Below, piece by piece: positions 27,524 to 35,969 of a stretch of 35,969 nucleotides of DNA. The stretch spans positions 1 through 35,969 of the forward strand of contig CAWIDS010000002.1 of the NCBI GenBank assembly GCA_963834935.1, written 5' to 3'. The notes under the pieces were generated by a model, which was given only the letters and a program-made list of their open reading frames with translations, was not told the origin of the DNA and did no database searches. Source of the stretch: Candidatus Nomurabacteria bacterium. Its GTDB lineage: Bacteria > Patescibacteriota > Minisyncoccia > Phycocordibacterales > CALRBL01. The position numbers and the translations under genes are program-made. How positions within the stretch are numbered: the first letter of the stretch is position 1; every line of letters starts with the position of its first letter.

Positions 27524-28451
27524 GCAAGAAGTGAACAACAAGATAATTGTCTTCTCGATAATATCCGCCCTAGCAGTCTTTTCCTTCATCATAATTTTTC
27601 TCTCGGGAATAAATCCTCAGCCGTCGCAAAGCGAGGCTGCTGCTATAGTGCCGCTTCAAATCCAGCAGCAGCCTGCGCTACAGAAAGCTGACCAGTTTAG
27701 CGATCTCCCTGTTTCCGCAAAGGCCGTATATATCTACGACATCAAGGAGGGCAGAGTCATTTACGAGAAGAATTCCGACATGCCACTGCCGCTTGCTTCG
27801 CTTACAAAGATAATGACAGCGCTTGTCGCCGAAGAATCAGTCGGAGACAAGGATCCAGATATCACTATAGAACCCCAGGCCATAGCGCAGCTCGGAGACA
27901 GCGGGTTGAAGGTAGGTGAGAAATGGAAATTCCTGGATCTGCTCAAGTTCACACTGATGATGTCTTCTAATGACGGAGCACAGCAGATTGCAGACGCTTT
28001 TTCGAGCATGCCGTTCGTCACCATGATGAATGAAGAGGCGAAGATTATGAATCTCAAGACCCTTCATTTCACGAATCCGACAGGACTTGATGCGGACGAC
28101 GGCACATCTTATGGAGGCGTCGGTTCAGCCAAGGAAATCAGCTCACTTTTCGAATACGTATATTACAAATATCCTGACATTTTTGAGTATACGAAGTATG
28201 CAACGCATGATTTTTCCTCTAATTCTTCAACTCATCATGCTGAAAATACGGATACCATCACGGACAAGATCCCCGGAATGCTGGCCGGCAAGACAGGATT
28301 CACTAATGCAGCAGGCGGAAACCTTATAATTCTCTTCAACAGGGCTCCTGGTGATCCCGTCATAATGACCGTGCTTGGATCAACCTATGACGGCCGTTTC
28401 AGTGACATGCTTCTTCTTGCCTCAAGCACACTGCAAACGTATAATAAATAG
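27516..28451 (+). CDS. D-alanyl-D-alanine carboxypeptidase/endopeptidase (peptidase S11)
   Basis: N-terminal TM helix, SLTK (SxxK), SSN (SxN), FTNPTGL and GKTGFT. Confidence 0.9.
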   Translation: MLKQEVNNKIIVFSIISALAVFSFIIIFLSGINPQPSQSEAAAIVPLQIQQQPALQKADQFSDLPVSAKAVYIYDIKEGRVIYEKNSDMPLPLASLTKIMTALVAEESVGDKDPDITIEPQAIAQLGDSGLKVGEKWKFLDLLKFTLMMSSNDGAQQIADAFSSMPFVTMMNEEAKIMNLKTLHFTNPTGLDADDGTSYGGVGSAKEISSLFEYVYYKYPDIFEYTKYATHDFSSNSSTHHAENTDTITDKIPGMLAGKTGFTNAAGGNLIILFNRAPGDPVIMTVLGSTYDGRFSDMLLLASSTLQTYNK

Positions 28452-28454
28452 GCA

Positions 28455-29528
28455 ATGGATTTTCTCACTCTTGATATCATCAAAGTCTTCGCGCCGGCCG
28501 TTATCTCCTTCATGGTAGGCATCCTAATCACTCCATTTTTCTCCACTTTCTTCTATATGCAGCGGCTTTGGAAGCAGAAATCTCGCAAGATCGAGGTGAG
28601 CGACCGGCCAGAAGACAAGATTTCTGAAGACTTCAAAAAAATCCATAATGAATGCGGGGAACTTTCGACTCCACGCGTAGGAGGAGTGATCATCTGGGTA
28701 TCGGTGCTCATTACCATTTCCCTCATCTATCTGAACTCCATTGTCATCGGAGGAGATCTCAATGAGAAGCTGAACTTCCTGAACAAGAATCAAACTATTC
28801 TTCCGCTTTTCGCCCTCATCTTCGCATCTCTTATCGGCTTCATCGATGACATGCTGCAGATACGCGGAATGGGCAAGTACGATGACGGCATTTCCCGAAG
28901 GTATCGCGTGCTCGTGGTGCTTCTCATTGCCTCGATCGGCGCCTGGTGGTTTGCAGTCAAATTGGCTGACACATCAGTTCACATACCTTTCGCCGGCGAT
29001 TTCGATTTCGGCATCTTTTTCATACCTTTCTTCATCCTGGTCATGCTCGGAGTCTTTTCAGGATCGGTGATCGATGGCATTGACGGCCTTGCCGGGGGAG
29101 TAATGGCAACTGCATGGGGCTCATATATGGTCATTGCGTTCCTCAATAATCAGATAAATCTGGCTGCCTTTTGCGCAGTGATTGTCGGAGGAATCCTAGC
29201 CTTCCTATGGTTCAATATTCCGCCCGCAAGATTCTATATGGGCGAGACAGGCATGCTCGGCCTTTCGGTAACGCTTGCTATCGTGGCATTCCTGACGGGG
29301 CAGCCATTCTTGCTTCCGCTACTGGCTTTCCCGCTTTTCATTACTTCGCTTTCGTCATCGATTCAGATGTTCTCGAAGAAATTCTTCAAGAAGAAAGTCT
29401 TTCGCGTAGCGCCGCTTCACCATCATCTTGAGGCGATCGGCTGGCCTTCGTACAAAGTGACCATGCGATTCTGGGTGCTATCAATCATTACTGGAGCTGT
29501 CGGCATAATAATCTCGATAATAGGATGA
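28455..29528 (+). CDS. mraY: Phospho-N-acetylmuramoyl-pentapeptide transferase
   Basis: TPRVGG, GFIDD, DGIDGLA, PARFYMGETG and APLHHHLE. Confidence 0.95.
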   Translation: MDFLTLDIIKVFAPAVISFMVGILITPFFSTFFYMQRLWKQKSRKIEVSDRPEDKISEDFKKIHNECGELSTPRVGGVIIWVSVLITISLIYLNSIVIGGDLNEKLNFLNKNQTILPLFALIFASLIGFIDDMLQIRGMGKYDDGISRRYRVLVVLLIASIGAWWFAVKLADTSVHIPFAGDFDFGIFFIPFFILVMLGVFSGSVIDGIDGLAGGVMATAWGSYMVIAFLNNQINLAAFCAVIVGGILAFLWFNIPPARFYMGETGMLGLSVTLAIVAFLTGQPFLLPLLAFPLFITSLSSSIQMFSKKFFKKKVFRVAPLHHHLEAIGWPSYKVTMRFWVLSIITGAVGIIISIIG

Positions 29529-30631
29529 GTTCCATGAAGAAAAAAACCGTAGATAAGCCTTTTTTTATCAGCGTGCTTATCCTGATGATAGCGGGATTCT
29601 GCATATTCTGCTCGGCGTCGCTCGGCCTTCTCGCCCAGACGAACAATACTTTCAAGTCTGTAATCATCAACCAGATCGGCTTCGGCTTGGTCCTCGGCAG
29701 CATTGCGATGTACATCACTTCCCGAATCAACTATCGCTTGTGGAGAAAATATGCCCTTTTCGTCTACGGATTCTCGATACTGCTCCTAATAATGCTTTTC
29801 GTGCCGCATCTTGGCATCAAGCTGAAGGGTGCGCGCCGATGGATAGGCTTCGGCTCTTTCTCTTTTCAGCCATCTGAAGTGTATAAGGTCGGTTTCGTCA
29901 TTTATTTCGCGACCTGGCTTTCAGGAATAAAAAGCAAAGTAGCCACTTTCAAATACGGCACGATATCATTCTTGGCCGTGAGCGCCATTTCCGGTGCACT
30001 TATTTTGAGCCAGCCAGATACAGCCACTTTTGGAGTCGTCTTCGTGGCCGGTTTGGCCATGTATATGATTGCAGGCGCGAGATGGAGAGATCTCTTGATA
30101 TTGCTTGCTATCGGCGTCATTAGCATTTCAGCACTCGCCGTTGCCCGACCGTATGTGATGGATCGAATTCATACGTTTATAGATCCTACGAGCGACCCGA
30201 CCGGAAGCGGTTATCAGATACAGCAGTCCATGATAGCAATCGGATCGGGGGGCCTCTTCGGCCGCGGCTTCGGACAAAGCGTCCAAAAATTCAACTTCCT
30301 GCCTGAGCCTATCGGAGATTCGGTGTTCGCTGTAGCTGGCGAGGAATTCGGCTTTATCGGCGGTACAGCCTTGATACTTCTTTATGTAGCCTTTACGCTT
30401 CTCGGCTTCAAGATAGCCACGCGCACGCCCGATCAATTCGGTAGACTGCTTGTGGTCGGAATTGTTATACTTATCACCACAGGGTCGATGATCAATATTG
30501 CTTCGATGCTCGGCATCGTGCCGGTTTCTGGAATTCCGCTTCTCTTCATCAGCCATGGCGGGACAGCACTTTTCATCACCCTTGCCGAAGTCGGCATAAT
30601 CCTTAACGTTTCCAGATATCAAACCGCATAA
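29525..30631 (+). CDS. ftsW: SEDS family peptidoglycan polymerase (FtsW)
   Basis: GARRWI, FQPSE, QPD, GYQIQQS.IAIGSGG, EEFGFIG and ISHGG; lies between mraY and murG. Confidence 0.93.
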   Translation: MSSMKKKTVDKPFFISVLILMIAGFCIFCSASLGLLAQTNNTFKSVIINQIGFGLVLGSIAMYITSRINYRLWRKYALFVYGFSILLLIMLFVPHLGIKLKGARRWIGFGSFSFQPSEVYKVGFVIYFATWLSGIKSKVATFKYGTISFLAVSAISGALILSQPDTATFGVVFVAGLAMYMIAGARWRDLLILLAIGVISISALAVARPYVMDRIHTFIDPTSDPTGSGYQIQQSMIAIGSGGLFGRGFGQSVQKFNFLPEPIGDSVFAVAGEEFGFIGGTALILLYVAFTLLGFKIATRTPDQFGRLLVVGIVILITTGSMINIASMLGIVPVSGIPLLFISHGGTALFITLAEVGIILNVSRYQTA

Positions 30632-30636
30632 CATTC

Positions 30637-31776
30637 ATGAAAATTGTACTAACAGGAGGAGGAACAGGCGGCCATTTCTACCCGCTCATTGCCGTAGCTG
30701 AAGAAATAAACAACATATCGAAAGAGAAAAAGATCGTTCCGCCGAAGCTCTACTTCATATCATCTGCGCCTTATAATCTCGACTTGCTTTACGGACAAAA
30801 CATCGTCTACAAGGAAATACCGGCTGGCAAGCTCAGGAGGAATCTTTCGCTCGACAATATTTTTAAGAACACGAGTGACCTCTTTGTCACTTTCCTCGGA
30901 TGCGTCAAAGCATTATTCCTGATATTCACCATCTATCCTGATGTGATCTTTGGCAAAGGTGGATATGCCAGCTTTCCGACGCTTCTTGCGGGGAGGATTC
31001 TCGGCATTCCGGTGATGATCCATGCGTCGGACAGCAGGCCAGGGAAGATTGACGCTTGGGCGGGGAAATTCGCTAGCCGCATCGCCGTGTCATATCCTGA
31101 CACCGCCAGATATTTCAAAGCGGATAAGGTTGCATGGACAGGAAACCCTCTTCGAAAAAGCATCACCGAACCGATTAAGGAAGGATCCTTCGAGAAATTC
31201 GGCCTGGAAAAGGGCGTGCCGGTCATTGTTGTCCTCGGCGGATCGCAAGGAGCGCAGATCATAAACGACGCGCTCCTTGACGCTTTGCCTCGGCTTTTGG
31301 ATAGCTACCAGATCATCCATCAGACCGGTCCAAAGAACTTCGAGAGTGTCAGCGGCCAATCCAAAGTCACCACCGAGAACCTTGCTCATCCGGAACGATA
31401 CAAGCCTTATGCCTACCTCGACGAGGACATGATGAGGCGTGCCTACGGAGTCGCTGACCTTATCATCTCGCGCGCCGGCTCGACCATATTCGAGATCGCA
31501 GTATGCGGCGTGCCGAGCATCATCATTCCCATTCCCGAACGCATCAGCCATGACCAGCGCACTAATGCATATAGCTACGCCAAGAACGGAGCATGCGAGG
31601 TTATCGAAGAGCAGAACCTCAGACCGGAAATCATCTCAGCTGAGATAAACAAGATAATGGGAAGCCAGGAGATAAAGCAAAGGATGATCGCAGGTGCCAA
31701 AGAATTCGCCCGCACTGACGCTTCGCATATCATCGCTGAAGCTCTTGTCGATATCGGCTTAAGCCACGAGCGTTAA
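30637..31776 (+). CDS. murG: Lipid II GlcNAc transferase MurG
   Basis: GGGTGGHFYP, KGGYAS, TGNPLR, GGSQGA, ISRAG and DQ..NA. Confidence 0.96.
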   Translation: MKIVLTGGGTGGHFYPLIAVAEEINNISKEKKIVPPKLYFISSAPYNLDLLYGQNIVYKEIPAGKLRRNLSLDNIFKNTSDLFVTFLGCVKALFLIFTIYPDVIFGKGGYASFPTLLAGRILGIPVMIHASDSRPGKIDAWAGKFASRIAVSYPDTARYFKADKVAWTGNPLRKSITEPIKEGSFEKFGLEKGVPVIVVLGGSQGAQIINDALLDALPRLLDSYQIIHQTGPKNFESVSGQSKVTTENLAHPERYKPYAYLDEDMMRRAYGVADLIISRAGSTIFEIAVCGVPSIIIPIPERISHDQRTNAYSYAKNGACEVIEEQNLRPEIISAEINKIMGSQEIKQRMIAGAKEFARTDASHIIAEALVDIGLSHER

Positions 31777-31779
31777 TAT

Positions 31780-31986
31780 ATGAAACCGGCACAAGCACAG
31801 ATCATAGACATTCAGGAAGAAAAAAAGATAGAAAAAGAGGCTGAAGCCTTGGTAGAACTGCATGATTTTATCAAGGCTCATCCTGACGCACCCGTAAAAG
31901 AGATCGCCCGCTTCATGCCGCCCGTAGATTCCCGGGCCGTTAACAAAGCAATACAATTCCTTGCAATACGGGACAAAAAGAAGTAA
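31780..31986 (+). CDS. Hypothetical 68-aa protein (mirror of 14602-14808)
   Basis: Identical translation. Confidence 0.65.
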   Translation: MKPAQAQIIDIQEEKKIEKEAEALVELHDFIKAHPDAPVKEIARFMPPVDSRAVNKAIQFLAIRDKKK

Positions 31987-31994
31987 AGATATAC

Positions 31995-33335
31995 ATGACT
32001 ATGACTGAAATAATAACCCGCTTCGCCCCAAGCCCCACAGGAACGCTTCATGCGGGCGCTTACCGCACGGCAATTTTCTCCTATTTCTTCGCGAAGAAGA
32101 ATGCCGGAAAATTCATCCTGCGCATCGAGGATACTGACAAGGAACGAAGCATGAAAGAATATGAGGAAAATATCCTCGAAAGCTTGAAGTGGCTCGGCAT
32201 TTCCTACGATGAGATGCATCGCCAGAGCGACCTTGTCGAAAGACATAAATTCTATCTCCAGAAAATGATAGACGAAGGAAAGGCCTATGTCTCACAGGAA
32301 GAAGTGAAAAAAGAAGGCGATCGCGCGACTGTCATCAGATTCAAGAATCCTAACAAGAAAATTTCCTTCGATGACCTTGTCCGCGGGAAGATAGAATTCG
32401 ATACGACTGAGCTCAAGGATTTCGTACTAGCAAAAAGCATCGATGAGCCTCTCTTTCATCTTGCTGTCGTTGTCGATGATTATGAGATGGGCATCACTCA
32501 TGTCATTCGTGGCGAAGATCATATCTCTAACACGCCACGGCAGATTCTCATTCAGCAAGCGATTGGCGCGCCCACTCCCTTGTATGCGCACTTGCCAATC
32601 GTACTTGGAACGGACCGCACGAAGCTTTCCAAAAGGGAAAGGAGCGCTCGCACTTACGGAATACAAAAAAATAGGCTACCTGCCGGAAGCGCTTCTGAAC
32701 TATATTTCGCTCGTAGGCTGGAATCCAGGCGGCGAACAGGAGCTGTTCACTGAAGCGGAACTCATTTCTCTTTTTGACCTGAACAAGGTGCATAAAGGCG
32801 GTGCCATTTTTGACGACGCAAAGTTGAAATGGATGAACAAGGAATACATGAAAAAGCTGCAGGACGCGGTCCTATCGAAAGCGGTAGAAGAAAGGATTCC
32901 TGAAGCGCTCAAGAATACAGAATATTTTTCAGAAAGATTCCCGAAAGTCCTACCTATCATAAAAGAAAGGATATCCTATTTTGGAGAAGTCGATGAAATG
33001 GCAATGCATGGCGAACTGGACTATTTCTTCTTGCCCCCTGTTTACGAGAATGCAAATGATATCCTTCCGCCTGAAAAGATGAGAAAAGGAAAGGAAGTCA
33101 GCGTCGAAAGTACTGCAGCAATCCTCACTCAGGCCGCAAAAATAATCGACAAAGGCGGCGACATCTGGCCATTTGCCGAAGAGCAGGGAAGAGGAATCGT
33201 CCTCTGGCCTCTTCGCTTCGCCCTTTAGGAAAACAGCGATCCCCTGATCCGATTGCCCTGATAGCAATTCTAGGAAAAGACGAAACTCTAAGAAGGATCA
33301 AATCAGCGATAGAGAAGCTTTCGATATCATCTTAG
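31995..33335 (+). pseudogene. gltX: gltX mirror copy with two single-base indels (~32636 +G, ~33226 -C), probably errors
   Basis: AAAAGGGAAAGG vs AAAAGGAAAGG and CCCTTTAGG vs CCCTTTCAGG relative to the intact copy. Confidence 0.8.
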
Positions 33336-34087
33336 AATGTTCTGTACATCAATCGATAACCGCCGTTGTAGTCGTAATTATAATTATATGCGGGATAGTA
33401 GTTCGGATAATAGGTGGGATAATTCGGATAATAAACGGGGTAGTATGACGCGGTAACTGTGATATTCACGCTGCCGCAAACACTATTGTTGCCATAATAG
33501 TTCGCAGTGTTGCCATAATAGCCGTTCTGCGAGCAGACTACTACATTAGCGCTACCTTGCGATGCGGCATACACGTTCATCGTCGAGCCGGTGATGGTGA
33601 TGTTCAGGATTGGGGCTGCACTACCTGAAATATAGTACGAACCCGAGCCACCATACATCGTGAGTGATGCGTTTTGTCCTTGCGTCAGGCTGAGATTGGT
33701 CTGATTGAAAGTGATAGGCGGCACATTGTACGCATTATAATTATAATAGTTGTAATAATTAGACGTATTATACGGCCAAGAAACTATCTGGGATTGTGTG
33801 CCGTTTATGGTCACATATACGGAAGCTCCGGCCGGGATATTGTACTGAGAAGCATTCAACGTCGTGTAGAGATATCCGCTCACATTCGTATAGCCGATAT
33901 TGTATTGCTGATTGTAATAATAAAGCTCAACAGCAGAATTGGGATCACCTTGAACTTCCGCTTGGATAGTGCCGTTATTAAGGTTGAGCAATGAAAGCGT
34001 AGGAACTACGTATGCATGTGCGGCCGTCACGAACAAAAAAAGAAAAACAAGGCTCAAAAGAAAGTATCGTGTACGGATTTTTTTCAT
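33332..34087 (-). CDS. Tyr/Asn-rich secreted protein (mirror of 12501-13256)
   Basis: Identical translation. Confidence 0.75.
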   Translation of the reverse strand: MKKIRTRYFLLSLVFLFLFVTAAHAYVVPTLSLLNLNNGTIQAEVQGDPNSAVELYYYNQQYNIGYTNVSGYLYTTLNASQYNIPAGASVYVTINGTQSQIVSWPYNTSNYYNYYNYNAYNVPPITFNQTNLSLTQGQNASLTMYGGSGSYYISGSAAPILNITITGSTMNVYAASQGSANVVVCSQNGYYGNTANYYGNNSVCGSVNITVTASYYPVYYPNYPTYYPNYYPAYNYNYDYNGGYRLMYRTF

Positions 34088-34210
34088 ATTTTTCTGATTA
34101 TCCAATAATCCGACATTCTACTCTAAAGCTGCAATTTTACAAATGACAGAACACTGCTTTTATATTCCGTCAATAAGCCAAAAAAGGGCTTAAAATGGTA
34201 GAATAGGGGC

Positions 34211-35969
34211 ATGTGTGGAATTGCAGGAATCATCGGCAAAGGCGAACATAGCTTGAGACTATACATAAGATGGTGGATATCATTACCCATCGCGGGCCGG
34301 ACGAGGATGGCTTTTATGTGGACCCCTTCATCGCTATGGGTATGCGAAGGCTTTCAATTATCGATCTTTCGGGCGGCAAACAGCCGATTGAGAATGAGGA
34401 TGGAACCCTCTCAATTGTCTTCAATGGTGAAATTTACAACTACCAGCAGCTTTACGACCAACTGAAGGAAAAGGGACATATCTTCAAGACAAAGAGTGAT
34501 ACCGAGGTGCTCATCCATCTTTATGAGGAAGAAAAGGAAAACATGCTCGTCAGGCTCCGTGGGATGTTCGCTTTCTCGATCTACAACAAGAAGACGCAGG
34601 AGCTTTTTATCGCTCGCGATTATTTCGGCATAAAGCCGCTTTATTACTTGGTAGAAAACGACCGTATCGCTGCATATGGATCGGAAATCAAAAGCCTTCT
34701 GCTTCATCCGAACTTCAAACGCAAAATAAACCATGATGCGGTATTCAATTATCTTTCATATCAATATAATCCACTCGAAGAAACTTTCTTCAAAGGAATC
34801 TGGAAGCTTCCGCCTGCAAGTTATCTCAAGATAGACATCACCAGCAAACCGGCAGCTGAAAGCGCGGAACAATATTGGCAATACGAATTCAAAAATACTG
34901 AATTTGAGGAGAAAGCGCTGAGAAAGGAAGTCCGCGATACGCTTGAGGATTCGGTTAAAGCACATATGATCAGCGATGTTCCGGTTGGCTCATTTTTGAG
35001 CGGAGGAGTCGACAGTGCAGCTATAGTTGCCCTGATGAGCAAGAATACAGATAAGAAAGTGTCTACTTTCACTATCAGCTTCGATCAAGTCAGCGAAGGA
35101 AAGCAGGCGCAGGAGATGGCTGACCATATCAAGACTGATCACAGTGAGATCGTCTTGAAATCAGAAGAATACCTCGATGAGCTGCCGAAGATAGTCTGGC
35201 ATTTCGACGAGCCTGTCGCTGATCCTTCTGCGGTCGGCTTATATTTTCTGGCCAAAGAAGCGCGAAAGAAGGTGAAAGTGGTGCTTTCCGGCGAAGGCGC
35301 AGATGAGCTTTTCGGCGGGTACAACATGTATAGAGAGCCGTTCGATCTCAATCGCATGAAACAGATATTCCCTAAGTGGATGAGGGAAAAACTTATACGC
35401 CCGCTTACCATGATTCCTTTCAGATTCTATGGCAAGAATTATCTCAGCCGCTTCTTTACCAAAATTGAGGATCGCTACATCGGCAACGCTCATATTTTCA
35501 AAGGCAAGGAAATCGAACGTCTCTGGAAGTTCCAGGAAGGTGAAAAAAGGGAAGAGAAGATTTCCCTTGCCACCTTATACAAGCCGCTGAAAGGCCTCAC
35601 TGATTCGCAGAAGATGCAAAAAATAGATATCGAGACCTGGCTTCCGGGAGACATCCTTCAGAAGGCCGATAAGATGACTATGGCGCATTCACTCGAGCTT
35701 CGCGTGCCGTTTCTCGACAAGAAGATCGCTGACTTGTCTGAAAAAATACCTGAAAAATTCAAATACAAGAGAGGGAAGACCAAATACATTTTAAGACAGG
35801 CAATGAAAGATATCCTTCCGAAGAAAACCTCGTCAAGAAGAAAACTTGGCTTTCCGACTGCTCTTCGCTTCTGGCTCAAAGATAATCCCGACCGCTTTTC
35901 AAAAGTGATCCTCACCAACGAATATATCAACGAGCATTTCAAGATCGGTTATATCAAGCATCTCTTCAA
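34211..35969 (+). pseudogene. asnB: asnB mirror copy, frameshifted at ~34250, garbled at ~34845-34866, truncated by the window end
   Basis: GAACATAGC vs GAACATACGC, plus a local error burst relative to the intact copy. Confidence 0.8.

Larger units (their letters stand above)
23345..35969 (+). repeat. Right arm of the giant inverted duplication, running to the window end
   Basis: Reverse complement of 10624-23323. Confidence 0.98.

Noticed and set aside
4083-29528. Recoded TGA (genetic code 25, as in Gracilibacteria/Absconditabacteria)
   Set aside because: priA, gpmI and mraY end at TGA at the expected positions, and conserved genes have no internal TGA.
32630-34260. Programmed frameshifts in gltX or asnB
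   Set aside because: The mirror copies are intact and differ by single bases, consistent with consensus errors.
2725-35942. Numerous 60-200 aa antisense or alternate-frame ORFs in the track (e.g. 6416..7003, 7364..7792, 15037..15498)
   Set aside because: They are shadows of well-supported genes and have no recognisable motifs.

Overview
Bacterial chromosome segment in genetic code 11. It is most likely from a Patescibacteria/CPR (Parcubacteria-like) organism; this is inferred from the compact housekeeping gene set, a reduced PriA, an AspRS without the GAD domain and many near-leaderless promoters. There are three parts. (1) Bases 1-2217 hold an array of small single-gene units next to the 3' end of tRNA-Asn(GTT). 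Each complete unit has one minus-strand ORF and a terminator, and at least two have a clear promoter. The units are separated by a conserved junction motif, (G/A)CTCCG(C/A)AC(G/T)TGGGAGGATGTTCGGA, which shares its GCTCC core with the tRNA 3' end and reads LLRTWEDVR with only synonymous differences. This is a candidate tRNA-anchored, integron-like cassette accretion system and the most interesting biological signal here. (2) Bases 2300-10600 are unique housekeeping and envelope genes: hpf, fmt, def, priA, gpmI, rplI, rpmA, an Ada-like secreted protein, an SLT-like protein, a winged-helix protein and two small paralogous membrane proteins. (3) Bases 10624-35969 are a giant fold-back of two ~12.6 kb inverted arms around a 21-nt loop at 23324-23344, inside a helicase gene. 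It duplicates asnB, a Tyr/Asn-rich protein, gltX, murG, ftsW, mraY, a D,D-peptidase, scpB, scpA, HIT, SWIB and aspS. The inner left arm is full of indels, so the fold-back is almost certainly a long-read or amplification chimera and not biology.
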